A stretch of DNA of 64,000 nucleotides. Source: Candidatus Eiseniibacteriota bacterium (lineage in GTDB: Bacteria; Eisenbacteria; RBG-16-71-46; JABDJR01). Below are positions 10,820-19,496 of the stretch, piece by piece; the stretch's first letter is position 1; each line of letters begins with the position of its first letter. The DNA lies in NCBI GenBank assembly GCA_963783375.1, contig CAWANH010000017.1, forward strand, positions 32,001-96,000, written 5' to 3'. The position numbers were made by a program, and so were the translations under genes. Under the pieces are notes generated by a model. The model did not search any database. It worked only from the letters and a program-made list of their open reading frames with translations, and was not told where the DNA came from.

Positions 10820-11209
10820 ATGTTCCTCAACATCTTCAAGGTCAGGGTGGCCCTGGCGGTCGCCGGGCTCGTGGTCCTGGTGGGCTACATGGCGGCAGGG
10901 GGAGGCTTCGGCCCCAAGTCCACCATCTCCATCGAGTACGGGATGTACCCCCGCGAGTTCGCCGGTCTCCGGGTGGAGATCGATGGCCGGGTGGTCGGGA
11001 CCCTGAAGGGGTTCGGAAGCGCCACCCGCACCGCGTTCGAGGTCAAGGACGGCAGGCACACGGTTCGGGTGCTCCATCCCGAACTCGACAGCATGTCGCG
11101 AACCGTGACCTCGGGGACGGGGGGGCGAAACGTCATGCTGATCCTGGACTACCAGGATCGCTCGGCGCCGGACGGCTCGCTCGAAACCGTGCTCGCCTTC
11201 CAGGACTGA
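10820..11209 (+). CDS. Membrane-anchored hypothetical protein with PEGA-like beta domain
   Basis: RBS GGAGGT before ATG 10820; N-terminal TM helix; VEIDGRVVG...GRHTVRV pattern. Confidence 0.65.
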   Translation: MFLNIFKVRVALAVAGLVVLVGYMAAGGGFGPKSTISIEYGMYPREFAGLRVEIDGRVVGTLKGFGSATRTAFEVKDGRHTVRVLHPELDSMSRTVTSGTGGRNVMLILDYQDRSAPDGSLETVLAFQD

Positions 11210-11227
11210 TCGCCGACGGGCGGCGGC

Positions 11228-11668
11228 TCAATCCGCGGGGTCGATCGCCCGACCGTTCAGGATGATCCGATATCCCAGTCGCACGGTGGGCCGGAGCATG
11301 GCGGAAACCGAGCAGTACTTCTCCTCGGAGAGCGCCACCGCCCGCCGGACCGAGGCCTCGTCCAATTCCGGCCCGTCCACGTGATAGACCAGGGTGAGAT
11401 CGGTGTAGATTCGCGGCTCCTCCTCCCGGCGGACCGCCTCCACCTCCACCCGGAGCGCGCTCAGGGTCTTCCGCATCTTCCCCAGGATCATCACGATGTC
11501 GATCCCGGTGCAGACCGCCACCGCGGCCTGCACGGTCTCGGTGGGGGGTGGTCCGGGACCGGGGCGGTCCGCCCCCGGCACGCTGGCCAGGGTGAGGGTC
11601 TCGCCGCCGGGAAACGCGACCTGGAACTCGGATTCCCGCTTCCAACTCGCGGTCACTTTTCGGGTCAT
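11228..11668 (-). CDS. OsmC/YhfA family protein
   Basis: GPPPTE..AVAVCTGIDIVMILGK and ALSEEKYCSVSAML (two conserved Cys); RBS GGAGG. Confidence 0.85.
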   Translation of the reverse strand: MTRKVTASWKRESEFQVAFPGGETLTLASVPGADRPGPGPPPTETVQAAVAVCTGIDIVMILGKMRKTLSALRVEVEAVRREEEPRIYTDLTLVYHVDGPELDEASVRRAVALSEEKYCSVSAMLRPTVRLGYRIILNGRAIDPAD

Positions 11669-11679
11669 GGGCCCTCCAG

Positions 11680-12498
11680 TTACCGTGCCCCCACGCCGCC
11701 GTCCACCACCAGCTCGTGGCCGGTGATCCACGAGGCCTCGTCGCTGGCCAGAAAGAGCGCGGCGGCGGCCACGTCCTCGGGGAGGCCGCACCGGCCCAGG
11801 GGATACCGCTCCCCCAGCTCCCGCGCCCGCGCCATGAGGTCCGCGTGCCCTTCCCAGAGTTCCCGGTTGAGCCCGGTCAGGACCAGGGCGGGACAGATGG
11901 CGTTGACCCGGATGCCTTCGGGACCGTGGCGAACGGCCAGGGATCGGGTGAGCGCGCTCACCGCCCCCTTGGACGCGGTATAGACCGGGACGGTCGCGGT
12001 GGCTCCGGCGTGCCGGGAGAGGTACGAGGAGACGTTGAGGATCACCCCGCCGCGCTCCTGCATCCGGGCCAGGGCGGCCCGGCAGCCGTGGATCACCCCC
12101 TTCACGTTCACCGCGAGGATCCGATCCACGTGCTCGGGGTCGGCCTCGGGGAGCAGCCGGCGCTCGGAGACCCCGGCCGCGTTGATCCACACGTCGAGGC
12201 CGCCCCAGAGGCGGACCGCCTCGTCGCCCAACGCCTCCATGTCCCCGGGGAGGGTCACGTCGGCCCGGAATCCGCGGACCTCACCCGCCTCGCCGGGAGA
12301 GGTGACGGAGGCCTCCGCCGCGGCCTCGGAAGCGATTTCGGAGACGGCCGCGGCCAGCTTCGCGTCGTTGCGCCCGCAGATGAGGACCCGGCCCCCCGCC
12401 CGCCGGAAGCCGTTCGCCATGGCCCGACCGATCCCGCTACCGCCCCCGGTGATCACGACCCGCCGGCCGCGGTGGGAGAAGAGTTCGCCCGCCGTCAC
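11680..12498 (-). CDS. SDR family oxidoreductase
   Basis: ITGGGSGIG Rossmann motif, NAAG, YTASK catalytic motif, IRVNAICP, VVDGG. Confidence 0.92.
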   Translation of the reverse strand: MTAGELFSHRGRRVVITGGGSGIGRAMANGFRRAGGRVLICGRNDAKLAAAVSEIASEAAAEASVTSPGEAGEVRGFRADVTLPGDMEALGDEAVRLWGGLDVWINAAGVSERRLLPEADPEHVDRILAVNVKGVIHGCRAALARMQERGGVILNVSSYLSRHAGATATVPVYTASKGAVSALTRSLAVRHGPEGIRVNAICPALVLTGLNRELWEGHADLMARARELGERYPLGRCGLPEDVAAAALFLASDEASWITGHELVVDGGVGAR

Positions 12499-13028
12499 CC
12501 GGAGGTCCCGGTGGGCTGGGTGGCCGGGGCTTCCGGCCGGGTCTCGCGCCCCGCCTTCAAGTGGACCCAGGAGAAGAAGAGCGGGACGATCACGGTCAGG
12601 ACCAGGACGAAGATGAGGGCGAACCCGACGAGCATGCGGAGCCGCGGCACAACCTCGCGGAGGGGGAGCGACCGGTCCACCCGGGGGGGGCGACCCTGGC
12701 GGGTGGACAGGGTCTCGATGGTGTTTACCCAGCTCTCCGGCCGCGCCACCGCCACCGCGAAGAGCAGGTTCCCCCGGTAGGTGATCTTGAGGAGGTGCTC
12801 CGACTTGTGTTTCCGGCGCCGGACCCCGATGCTGATGCTCTCCACCTCGACGATCGGGATCTCGATCCGGGTTCCGGTGAGAACGTGCTCGAAGAGGACG
12901 TGGTCCTCGAACAGCGTGAGAACGCCGTGGCTTCGCACCCGGAAGCGTTCCTCCTCGGTGCCGAAGGTGTAGGCGGTGCGGTCGACCAGGATCGGCTCGG
13001 ATCGGAGGACTTCGGCGCTGCTCTTCAT
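12495..13028 (-). CDS. Hypothetical membrane protein (PH/GRAM-like N-terminus, C-terminal TM helix)
   Basis: GVLTLFEDHVLF..IEIPIVEVESI beta pattern; hydrophobic helix near C-terminus; overlaps SDR start. Confidence 0.6.
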   Translation of the reverse strand: MKSSAEVLRSEPILVDRTAYTFGTEEERFRVRSHGVLTLFEDHVLFEHVLTGTRIEIPIVEVESISIGVRRRKHKSEHLLKITYRGNLLFAVAVARPESWVNTIETLSTRQGRPPRVDRSLPLREVVPRLRMLVGFALIFVLVLTVIVPLFFSWVHLKAGRETRPEAPATQPTGTSG

Positions 13029-13071
13029 GGTGCGTTCCTCGGGGTGACGGTCTCCTGCCCGCCCGCTGGAT

Positions 13072-13476
13072 CTATTCCTTGCTCTGGCTCAATTCCAGGA
13101 GCACGCCGTGGGCGCTCCTGGGATGGACGAAGGCCACCCACTTGTCGTGGGCCCCGGACCGGGGTTCCCGGTCGATGAGGACCATGCCCGCCGCCTCGCA
13201 GGCGGCCAGGGCCTTGCGGATATCCGCCACCTCGAAGCAGAGATGGTGGATCCCCTCCCCGCGCTTCTCCACGAATTTGCCGATGGGGCCGTCCGGGGCG
13301 GTGGACTCCAGGAATTCCAGGTGGGTTTCCCCCACCGGGAGGAAGGCGGTCCGCGCCTGCTGCTCGGCCACCGTCTCCCGGTGGGTGCACGTGAGGCCCA
13401 GGCCCTCGGTGTAGGTCCGGACCGCGGATTCCAGGTCCCGGACCGCGATGCCGATGTGATCGAGACGGCGGATCAT
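13072..13476 (-). CDS. mce: Methylmalonyl-CoA epimerase
   Basis: LDHIGIAV, IGKFVEKRGEGIHHLCFEV, AFVHPRSAHGVLLEL; RBS AAGGAG. Confidence 0.92.
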   Translation of the reverse strand: MIRRLDHIGIAVRDLESAVRTYTEGLGLTCTHRETVAEQQARTAFLPVGETHLEFLESTAPDGPIGKFVEKRGEGIHHLCFEVADIRKALAACEAAGMVLIDREPRSGAHDKWVAFVHPRSAHGVLLELSQSKE

Positions 13477-13486
13477 GCCAGCTCCT

Positions 13487-13590
13487 TCGGGTGCAAGGCG
13501 TTGTCCGCGCCGGGGGGCCGTTCGGTCGGGGCGGCGCGGCCTCGGGTCAAGGATAGCATGGCCGTCGGGCGGTTCCCGCTCCACCGGGGG
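13487..13590. repeat. Direct repeat copy 1 (perfect 41 bp core 13538-13578)
   Basis: ggcctcgggtcaaggatagcatggccgtcgggcggttcccg identical to 21230-21270; flanks align with mismatches. Confidence 0.92.
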
Positions 13591-13687
13591 GGCTCCCCGC
13601 TCGCCCAGCCGCCCATGGGCTCGGCGTCGCCGGCAGGTTTGCGGGGCAGTGGGTGGGACGGTGAGGGATCCCCCGGGCCGGGAGATG

Positions 13688-15355
13688 TCAAGGCGAGGCG
13701 GAATCCTTGCCCCCAGGGGCGCTCTCTCCCCGCAGGACACCGTAGCTCTTGAGCTTCCTGGAGAGCGTCGCCGATCCGATGTTGAGCTGCTCGGAGGTGC
13801 GGGTCCGGTTTCCGCCGTTCCGATCGAGCACGGCCAGGATGTAATCCTTCTCGATCTCGTCCAGGGCTCTCACCGGCCCGGAAAGGGACGGCGTCGGTAT
13901 CGCCTGGCGGACTTCCATCGGCAAATCCTCGAGCTCGATGAGGCTGGCATGCCCGAGAGCGACCGCGCGCTCCATGGCGTTCTCCAGTTCGCGCACGTTA
14001 CCCGGCCAGTCGTATCGCAGCAGCTGGTCCGCCGCGCGCGGGGACAGCCCGGTGACCGGGCGCTTGATCCGCTCGGCGGAGTCGCTCAGCAGCACCCGTG
14101 CCAGGGGCAGAATGTCCTCCCGCCGGTCCCGCAGCGCCGGCATGTGAACCTGAACCACGTTCAGCCGGTAGTACAGATCCTTGCGGAAGCGACCCGCCGC
14201 AATGTCCGAGGCCAGTTCACGGTTCGTGGCGGCCATCACCCGCACGTTCACCGGCCGGCTCTTGTTCTCGCCGACCCGGCGGATCTCCCGTTCCTGGAGA
14301 ACCCGCAGCAGCTTGACCTGCATGCCGGGCGAGACCTCGCCGATCTCGTCGAGCAGCAGCGTTCCGCCGTTGGCCGCCTCGAACAGGCCGGCTCGGTCGT
14401 GCGCTGCGCCGGTAAACGCGCCCCGCGCATGGCCGAAGAGCTCGCTCTCGAGGAGGGATTCAGTGATGGCGCCGCAGTTGACGGCGATGAAAGGCCCCGA
14501 TGCGCGGGCGGATTCGTCGTGGATCATGTGCGCGATGAGTTCCTTGCCCGTACCGCTCTCCCCGGTGATGAGGGCGGTCGAGTCCACCTTGGCGATCCGC
14601 CGCGCGAGGTCGATCACCCGCCGCATGGCGGGGCTCCTTACGATCATCCCGAGGGGATCCTCGACGTCGGGGACCATGCGGGTGAGCGCGCGCCTCCTCT
14701 CGTGGAGCTTCCTCTCGGTCTCCTTGAGACTCTCGGTGATCTGGTGGAGCGAGGGCTCGAGCCATTCCTTGAGGTTTTCGGCGCGATAGAAGCGGAGCTC
14801 GTCGGCTCGATCGTCGCCCCACTCCTCGATGGTGCGAGCGAGAAGGTGACACGAGGAATTGCCCCGTCCGATACAACGTTCTTCGAGAACGTACATCTTC
14901 ATGCCCAGGGCCCGGCTCAGGTAGCCGCTGGTGAGACCGCAGATCGTCCAGCACACCGAGGTGTCGCTGCGCCCGAGATGGGCGATGTGCTGCTCCGCCT
15001 CATAGGATCCGACCAGGGTCAACCCCTCCTTGATCAGCGAGCCGGGGGTGCCCGGCGCCAGACGGTACATCCCCTCGAGCATGTGGATGCGGCCGCCGGC
15101 AAGCTGCCAGTCCTCCTTGCTCTCCCACTGGAACAGGTCCTGCATCGCTTCGGCCATGCGCCAGCCCTGTACGAAGCCGAACCGGGTGAGGACGGCGCGC
15201 GCGGCACTGAGGCCGAAGTGATTGATCAACTCCTTGCGCAGGGTCCCCTTCGCCGTGGCGTCAATTATGAGTGCGCGCTCGCCCGCGAAGCGGACCGTGC
15301 CTCCATCAGAGTCAAACTCGACCAGCTCGCCGATATTCAGGTCCTCGACGCGCAT
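13688..15355 (-). CDS. Sigma54-dependent transcriptional activator, XylR/DmpR family (XylR_N + V4R + AAA+ + Fis HTH)
   Basis: GTLRKELI..G...ARAVLTRFGF; V4R Cys motifs VCWTICG and EERCIGRGNSSC; GESGTGKE; ESELFGHARGAFTGA; WPGNVREL; NRTRTSEQLNIGSATLSRKL. Confidence 0.95.
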   Translation of the reverse strand: MRVEDLNIGELVEFDSDGGTVRFAGERALIIDATAKGTLRKELINHFGLSAARAVLTRFGFVQGWRMAEAMQDLFQWESKEDWQLAGGRIHMLEGMYRLAPGTPGSLIKEGLTLVGSYEAEQHIAHLGRSDTSVCWTICGLTSGYLSRALGMKMYVLEERCIGRGNSSCHLLARTIEEWGDDRADELRFYRAENLKEWLEPSLHQITESLKETERKLHERRRALTRMVPDVEDPLGMIVRSPAMRRVIDLARRIAKVDSTALITGESGTGKELIAHMIHDESARASGPFIAVNCGAITESLLESELFGHARGAFTGAAHDRAGLFEAANGGTLLLDEIGEVSPGMQVKLLRVLQEREIRRVGENKSRPVNVRVMAATNRELASDIAAGRFRKDLYYRLNVVQVHMPALRDRREDILPLARVLLSDSAERIKRPVTGLSPRAADQLLRYDWPGNVRELENAMERAVALGHASLIELEDLPMEVRQAIPTPSLSGPVRALDEIEKDYILAVLDRNGGNRTRTSEQLNIGSATLSRKLKSYGVLRGESAPGGKDSASP

Positions 15356-15787
15356 GGCGTCCTCCGATCATTTAGGCAATTCTGGCCCGCACCGGCAGAA
15401 ACGGCGACCGTGCCCGGGCGCACCGCCGGACCCATGACGCCCGCTCAGGTGCGTGCCGTGGGTACGAAACCAAATTGAGGCCGAATCACAACGTTACCAA
15501 ATCGACGGTACTTACGCCATCGCGGGGCCGCGGAGGCGGACCGGTGAAGCGCCTCCCACCGCCAGGCAGGGCAAGGTGACACCCGGCCGACGGCCACGGG
15601 GGCTCCGGCGGTGAATGCGCGGTCGCGTCTACCGGCGGGCGAACTCCCTGAGTCGGGCGAGTCTCGGAGAGGTGGCGGCGTCACCGAGAAAGGCCCCTTC
15701 CATCTTTCTGATCGATTCCGCCTCGTTCTGATGGAGTCGTTGGGCGTCCGCTACATGGAACTGCCCACGCAACAAGCACTTACACCC

Positions 15788-15803
15788 AGGCACGAATGAT
15801 GCA
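15788..15803 (+). promoter_or_regulatory. Sigma54 (-24/-12) promoter
   Basis: AGGCACGAATGATGCA has the exact GG-N10-GC spacing; divergent from the bEBP gene; IHF-like CAACAAGCACTTA at 15770-15782. Confidence 0.75.
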
Positions 15804-15883
15804 CTTCTCAAGCCGCGGGTCCCGGGAGACCTCGGTTCGTTGCCGGTTCGTCGCCGTGAGGAGATTCGCCGGACTACTCATTC

Positions 15884-16177
15884 ATGAGTAACGCAAGAGG
15901 GGACGCCGTGGAACCGGCCATGGAAGTGATGGAAGCACAGCTCAAGCGTTGGAGCCTGAAGATAGACGACCTGGCAGCCAAGACCCAGGTGGCCGGCATG
16001 CACCCGGGGTTCAACGCCCTCATATACGTCGACGAGCTCAAGGTCCTGCACGCGATAGCGTTGGCGAAGTTCAACCAGTTCAAGGCAGAGGAAGATTCGC
16101 GGCGGGCACGGCTCGAGGCGGAGATGAAGTGCGCCTGGGACGAGCTTGCCGCCGCATTCGATAGGCAAATGCCCTAA
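15884..16177 (+). CDS. Small helical/coiled-coil hypothetical protein (resembles EAQLxxW stress-protein families)
   Basis: MEAQLKRWSLKIDDL...AWDELAAAFD amphipathic pattern; first ORF after the sigma54 promoter. Confidence 0.6.
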   Translation: MSNARGDAVEPAMEVMEAQLKRWSLKIDDLAAKTQVAGMHPGFNALIYVDELKVLHAIALAKFNQFKAEEDSRRARLEAEMKCAWDELAAAFDRQMP

Positions 16178-16304
16178 GGGTTGGCGGTGAATTTCCTAGT
16201 CGAAGCGAAGCGGTGACTCCGCTGAACCCGGAGTAGGATAAGAATCACGAGCCTGGACCGAGGGTGACATACCTCGACCGGTTCGACGAAAAGAGGTTAC
16301 CTCG

Positions 16305-16979
16305 ATGAAACGATTTCCAGCCAATGTTGGCGCTCTCATTCTGATAGCCGCGGCGGTCACGGTGGGCTGTGGGGAGGATCAGGAAGGCGCCCAGGACGCC
16401 GCGGCGGCCCAAGCGGCGGCGGCGCAACCTGCGACGGCGCAGCAGGCGCGCTTCGAGACGCTGGTCATTCCCGACGGGACCAGCATCGTCGCGTCGCTCA
16501 ACACCGGCCTCTCGACGGAGACCAACCACACCGGCGACCCGTTCAGCGCGACCACGACCGAACCCGTCAGCGTAAACGGAACCACGGTTGTCCCGACCGG
16601 AGCCCGGATCAACGGGGTGCTGCGCGACGTCGAGGCATCCGGCCGGATCGAGGGCCGTGCGCGGATGACCCTGGCGTACGAGACGATCGTCGACTCGCAG
16701 GGGAAGGTCCATCCGATCTCCGCCCTGCCGCTGTCGCTGCAGGCGGCTTCCTCCACGCGTGGGGACGTCGAGAAGATCGCGGCCGGGGGCGTCCTCGGCG
16801 GGATCATCGGCGGGATCGCCGGCGGCGGGAAGGGTGCGGCGATCGGGGCGGGCGCCGGCGCGGGCGCCGGGACCATCCTCATGCTCGCGACCAAGGGCGA
16901 CGATCTGGAACTGAATCCCGGCCAGAAGTTGGCGGTGCACATGACCGGGTCCATGAGCGTTCAGGTCCCGACCCGATGA
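16305..16979 (+). CDS. Lipoprotein with TrbI/VirB10-like beta domain and glycine zipper
   Basis: Lipobox VTVGC; IPDGTSI..L...LST.....GDPF; GGVLGGIIGGIAGGGKGAAIGAGAGAGAG; RBS AGAGG. Confidence 0.8.
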   Translation: MKRFPANVGALILIAAAVTVGCGEDQEGAQDAAAAQAAAAQPATAQQARFETLVIPDGTSIVASLNTGLSTETNHTGDPFSATTTEPVSVNGTTVVPTGARINGVLRDVEASGRIEGRARMTLAYETIVDSQGKVHPISALPLSLQAASSTRGDVEKIAAGGVLGGIIGGIAGGGKGAAIGAGAGAGAGTILMLATKGDDLELNPGQKLAVHMTGSMSVQVPTR

Positions 16980-17025
16980 TGGTACCCGACCGATCGTGGG
17001 CCGGCATCATCGACAGGAGAAGAGC

Positions 17026-17526
17026 ATGAACAGACCCCGGATGATTCTGATGGCCGCCGTGATGGGCGCCGCCCTGATTCCAGCCCTGGCTTCGGCCGAC
17101 GCCTACACCGACGTCGGTTTCCGCGGCTGGGGACCCCGGGTCGGGCTGTCCGTCAATCCCGACCAGGTCCACTTCGGGGCCCACCTCGACTTCGGACAGT
17201 TCGCGAAGCACATCCGCTTTCAGCCGAATGTGGAACTGGGTTTCGGCGACGACATCGACCTGTTCACCGTGAACGCCGAAGCGGCCTATCGCTTCAGCCA
17301 GCAGTGGGACGTCTGGAGTCCCTACCTTGGTGGGGGGCTCGGCGCCAACATCAAGAGGTATGACAAGAGCATCGACAAGGACACGGAGACCGATCTCGGG
17401 GTCAACGTGCTGGGCGGGATCGAGAAGGGGCTGTCCAGCGGCGACCGGTTCTTCGTCGAGGGGAAGTTCAGCCTGAACGACGTGCCCGACGTCAAGGTCA
17501 CGGTCGGATGGACGTTCTATCACTAG
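17026..17526 (+). CDS. Small outer-membrane beta-barrel protein
   Basis: Signal peptide ending ASA; alternating beta strands (SPYLGGGLG, RFFVEGKF, VTVGWTFYH); RBS AGGAGA. Confidence 0.75.
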   Translation: MNRPRMILMAAVMGAALIPALASADAYTDVGFRGWGPRVGLSVNPDQVHFGAHLDFGQFAKHIRFQPNVELGFGDDIDLFTVNAEAAYRFSQQWDVWSPYLGGGLGANIKRYDKSIDKDTETDLGVNVLGGIEKGLSSGDRFFVEGKFSLNDVPDVKVTVGWTFYH

Positions 17527-17598
17527 CCGCGTGGCGATGAGGGGCGGGCGGTCGGCGCCGCCCCCTCACGCTTCCGGTGGCAGAGGAAGGGGATCTTC

Positions 17599-17748
17599 AT
17601 GTTGTGGACCCTCGTGGTCATACTCGTCATTCTCTGGCTACTAGGCCTTCTCACCTCCTTCACCATGCACGGCTTGATCCATGTGTTGCTGGTCGTTGCG
17701 ATCATCGTCGTGCTGCTCCGCGTCATTCAGGGGAGGCGGGCGCTGTAG
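17599..17748 (+). CDS. lmo0937-family (DUF5670-like) small membrane protein, 49 aa, absent from the ORF track
   Basis: MLWTLVVILVILWLLGLLTSFTMHGLIHVLLVVAIIVVLLRVIQGRRAL; RBS GGAAGGGG. Confidence 0.85.
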   Translation: MLWTLVVILVILWLLGLLTSFTMHGLIHVLLVVAIIVVLLRVIQGRRAL

Positions 17749-17831
17749 ACCGCGCTTGAACCATGAGGAGCGTGGGACGGTGAAATCACCGGCTCCTCCG
17801 TTTCCTCGATCTCTATCCAGGAGGATGTGAC

Positions 17832-18464
17832 TTGAAAGTCTCTCTCAGCGTGATTGCGGCGGGAGTGGCCCTATGCGTAGGACTTCCGGCCGCAGCTCAA
17901 AACTTCGGGGTTCTGCAGTCGGCGGAGACGATGGACCAGGGAGCGTACAAGCTCATGTTTGCCCCGGTGGTGACGCTGGACAAGAACGGATCGGGCGGAG
18001 AGTTCGGGGTCGCGGTCCGCGGGGGGTACGGATTCACCGATCGCTTCGACGTGGAGGCCAAGCTGGGCTTCTTCGAGAACTCCACGTACGTCGGCGCGGA
18101 CGGCGAGTTCTGGATCCTCAAGAGCAAGGAGAGGGATGCCGGCCTGGACTTCTCGCTGACGGGAGGCCTGCACTGGGCATTCGGGAAGAAGCACAACCTG
18201 GACACCATGGGGCTCGACGTCACGCCGCTCCTGAGCGGGCATGTGACGAAGAACCTCGAGCTGTGCGGGGCGCTTGACGCCTCATTCGAGAAAGTCCGGG
18301 ACGCGCCGGCGGGGGCGGACGACACGTTTACGAAAGTCCATGTCGTGCCGGGACTCGAGTACCACCTGAGCGACGCCGCCGACCTGATCGGCGAGATCGG
18401 ACTCGGGCTCAACGACAACTCATATACGTATGTCGGCGCCGGCATCGCCTTCTACTTCCGGTAA
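17832..18464 (+). CDS. Outer-membrane beta-barrel protein
   Basis: TTG start with RBS GGAGGA; signal peptide ending AAA; amphipathic strands; C-terminal YVGAGIAFYFR. Confidence 0.75.
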   Translation: MKVSLSVIAAGVALCVGLPAAAQNFGVLQSAETMDQGAYKLMFAPVVTLDKNGSGGEFGVAVRGGYGFTDRFDVEAKLGFFENSTYVGADGEFWILKSKERDAGLDFSLTGGLHWAFGKKHNLDTMGLDVTPLLSGHVTKNLELCGALDASFEKVRDAPAGADDTFTKVHVVPGLEYHLSDAADLIGEIGLGLNDNSYTYVGAGIAFYFR

Positions 18465-18476
18465 GGAGGGAGTGAG

Positions 18477-18698
18477 ATGAAGACCCTGGGAATCGTGCTG
18501 GTGGTGCTCGGTGTCCTCGCCCTGATCTACGGTGGGTTCGACTACAACCGGAACCGGACGGTGCTCGAAATGGGCTCGATGAGCGTCACCGCCACGGAGC
18601 ACAAGAGGTTTCCGATCCCGGTGGTCGTCGGTGTGGTCGTGTTGATCGGCGGAGTGGCCGTTCTCCTGGGAGGAAAGCGCCGGAGTCTGCCCGGGTGA
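18477..18698 (+). CDS. Small two-TM membrane protein (DUF3185-like)
   Basis: MKTLGIVLVVLGVLALIYGG...IPVVVGVVVLIGGVAVLL; RBS AAGGAGG. Confidence 0.8.
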   Translation: MKTLGIVLVVLGVLALIYGGFDYNRNRTVLEMGSMSVTATEHKRFPIPVVVGVVVLIGGVAVLLGGKRRSLPG

Positions 18699-18740
18699 TT
18701 CGTGGCTATCAAAAATCAGGGTCAGTGACAGGAGGCAATT

Positions 18741-19319
18741 ATGCGTGCAGCCTTGGTGCTGTTTGTGATCGCCCAGATCGGCTGGGGGGCCGAAGCGAGC
18801 GCCCAGACGCCGTCGACGCCGGTGGAGCGGCCCTTGGTCCTCATCCCCACCGCGATCCAGGAGTTGAACGAGCTTCGACTCAACACCGGCGACAAGGCGG
18901 TGCTCAGCGACAACACGATGAGCGCGGTCTATGACAAGAACGTCCCCGCCGAAGGGAACACGTACCTGAACTTCCACATCGACGTCGCTTCGGAGACCGG
19001 CCCGTTCGTGCTGTGCGCGAAGGACATCCGTCTGGTGAAGGGCGGGAAGGCGGGAGAGACGGCATCCGACGGCGTGAAGGGGAGGCCTGACGCAAGAACC
19101 GTGGATGTTGTCGCCTATACTCCTTTGGATTGGTTCATGGACACCGGGGTCGAGGTGCGCGGAGATTCGTTGAGGATCGACAACAAGGCTCTCGTGCAGT
19201 TCACGATCGAGGTGCCTCGAGCCGGGTGCGACGATCTGACCCTTTTCATCTTGTCCCAGCGCATGGGAACCGTCGGTGAAATGCGAGAGCTGATCGCGAA
19301 AGAGCAGGGAGTCAAGTAG
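18741..19319 (+). CDS. Secreted hypothetical protein
   Basis: Signal peptide ending ASA-Q; RBS AGGAGG. Confidence 0.7.
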   Translation: MRAALVLFVIAQIGWGAEASAQTPSTPVERPLVLIPTAIQELNELRLNTGDKAVLSDNTMSAVYDKNVPAEGNTYLNFHIDVASETGPFVLCAKDIRLVKGGKAGETASDGVKGRPDARTVDVVAYTPLDWFMDTGVEVRGDSLRIDNKALVQFTIEVPRAGCDDLTLFILSQRMGTVGEMRELIAKEQGVK

Positions 19320-19496
19320 CGGCCGTGGGTGACCGAATCGCGGAGATCAAGCAGGAGAATCCCGGGGGGCATGCAGCTACTATCGGAGCGCGTGAAGAGT
19401 ACGCGAGTCCCGCACGCAAGATGCGGGGTAGGGCGTAGAGGTAGGACCCACGGCGCGGATGGGCGATGGATGTCCACTCAGTCGAAGGGGGACGTG

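Noticed and set aside
16182-16197. Second sigma54 promoter TGGCGGTGAATTTCC
   Set aside because: The -12 position reads CC instead of the required GC
4461-16239. Shared 13-mer CCCGGAGTAGGAT at 4461-4473 and 16227-16239, in intergenic DNA of both islands
   Set aside because: Many 13 bp matches are expected by chance in 64 kb of GC-rich DNA; at most a TAGGAT -10 element
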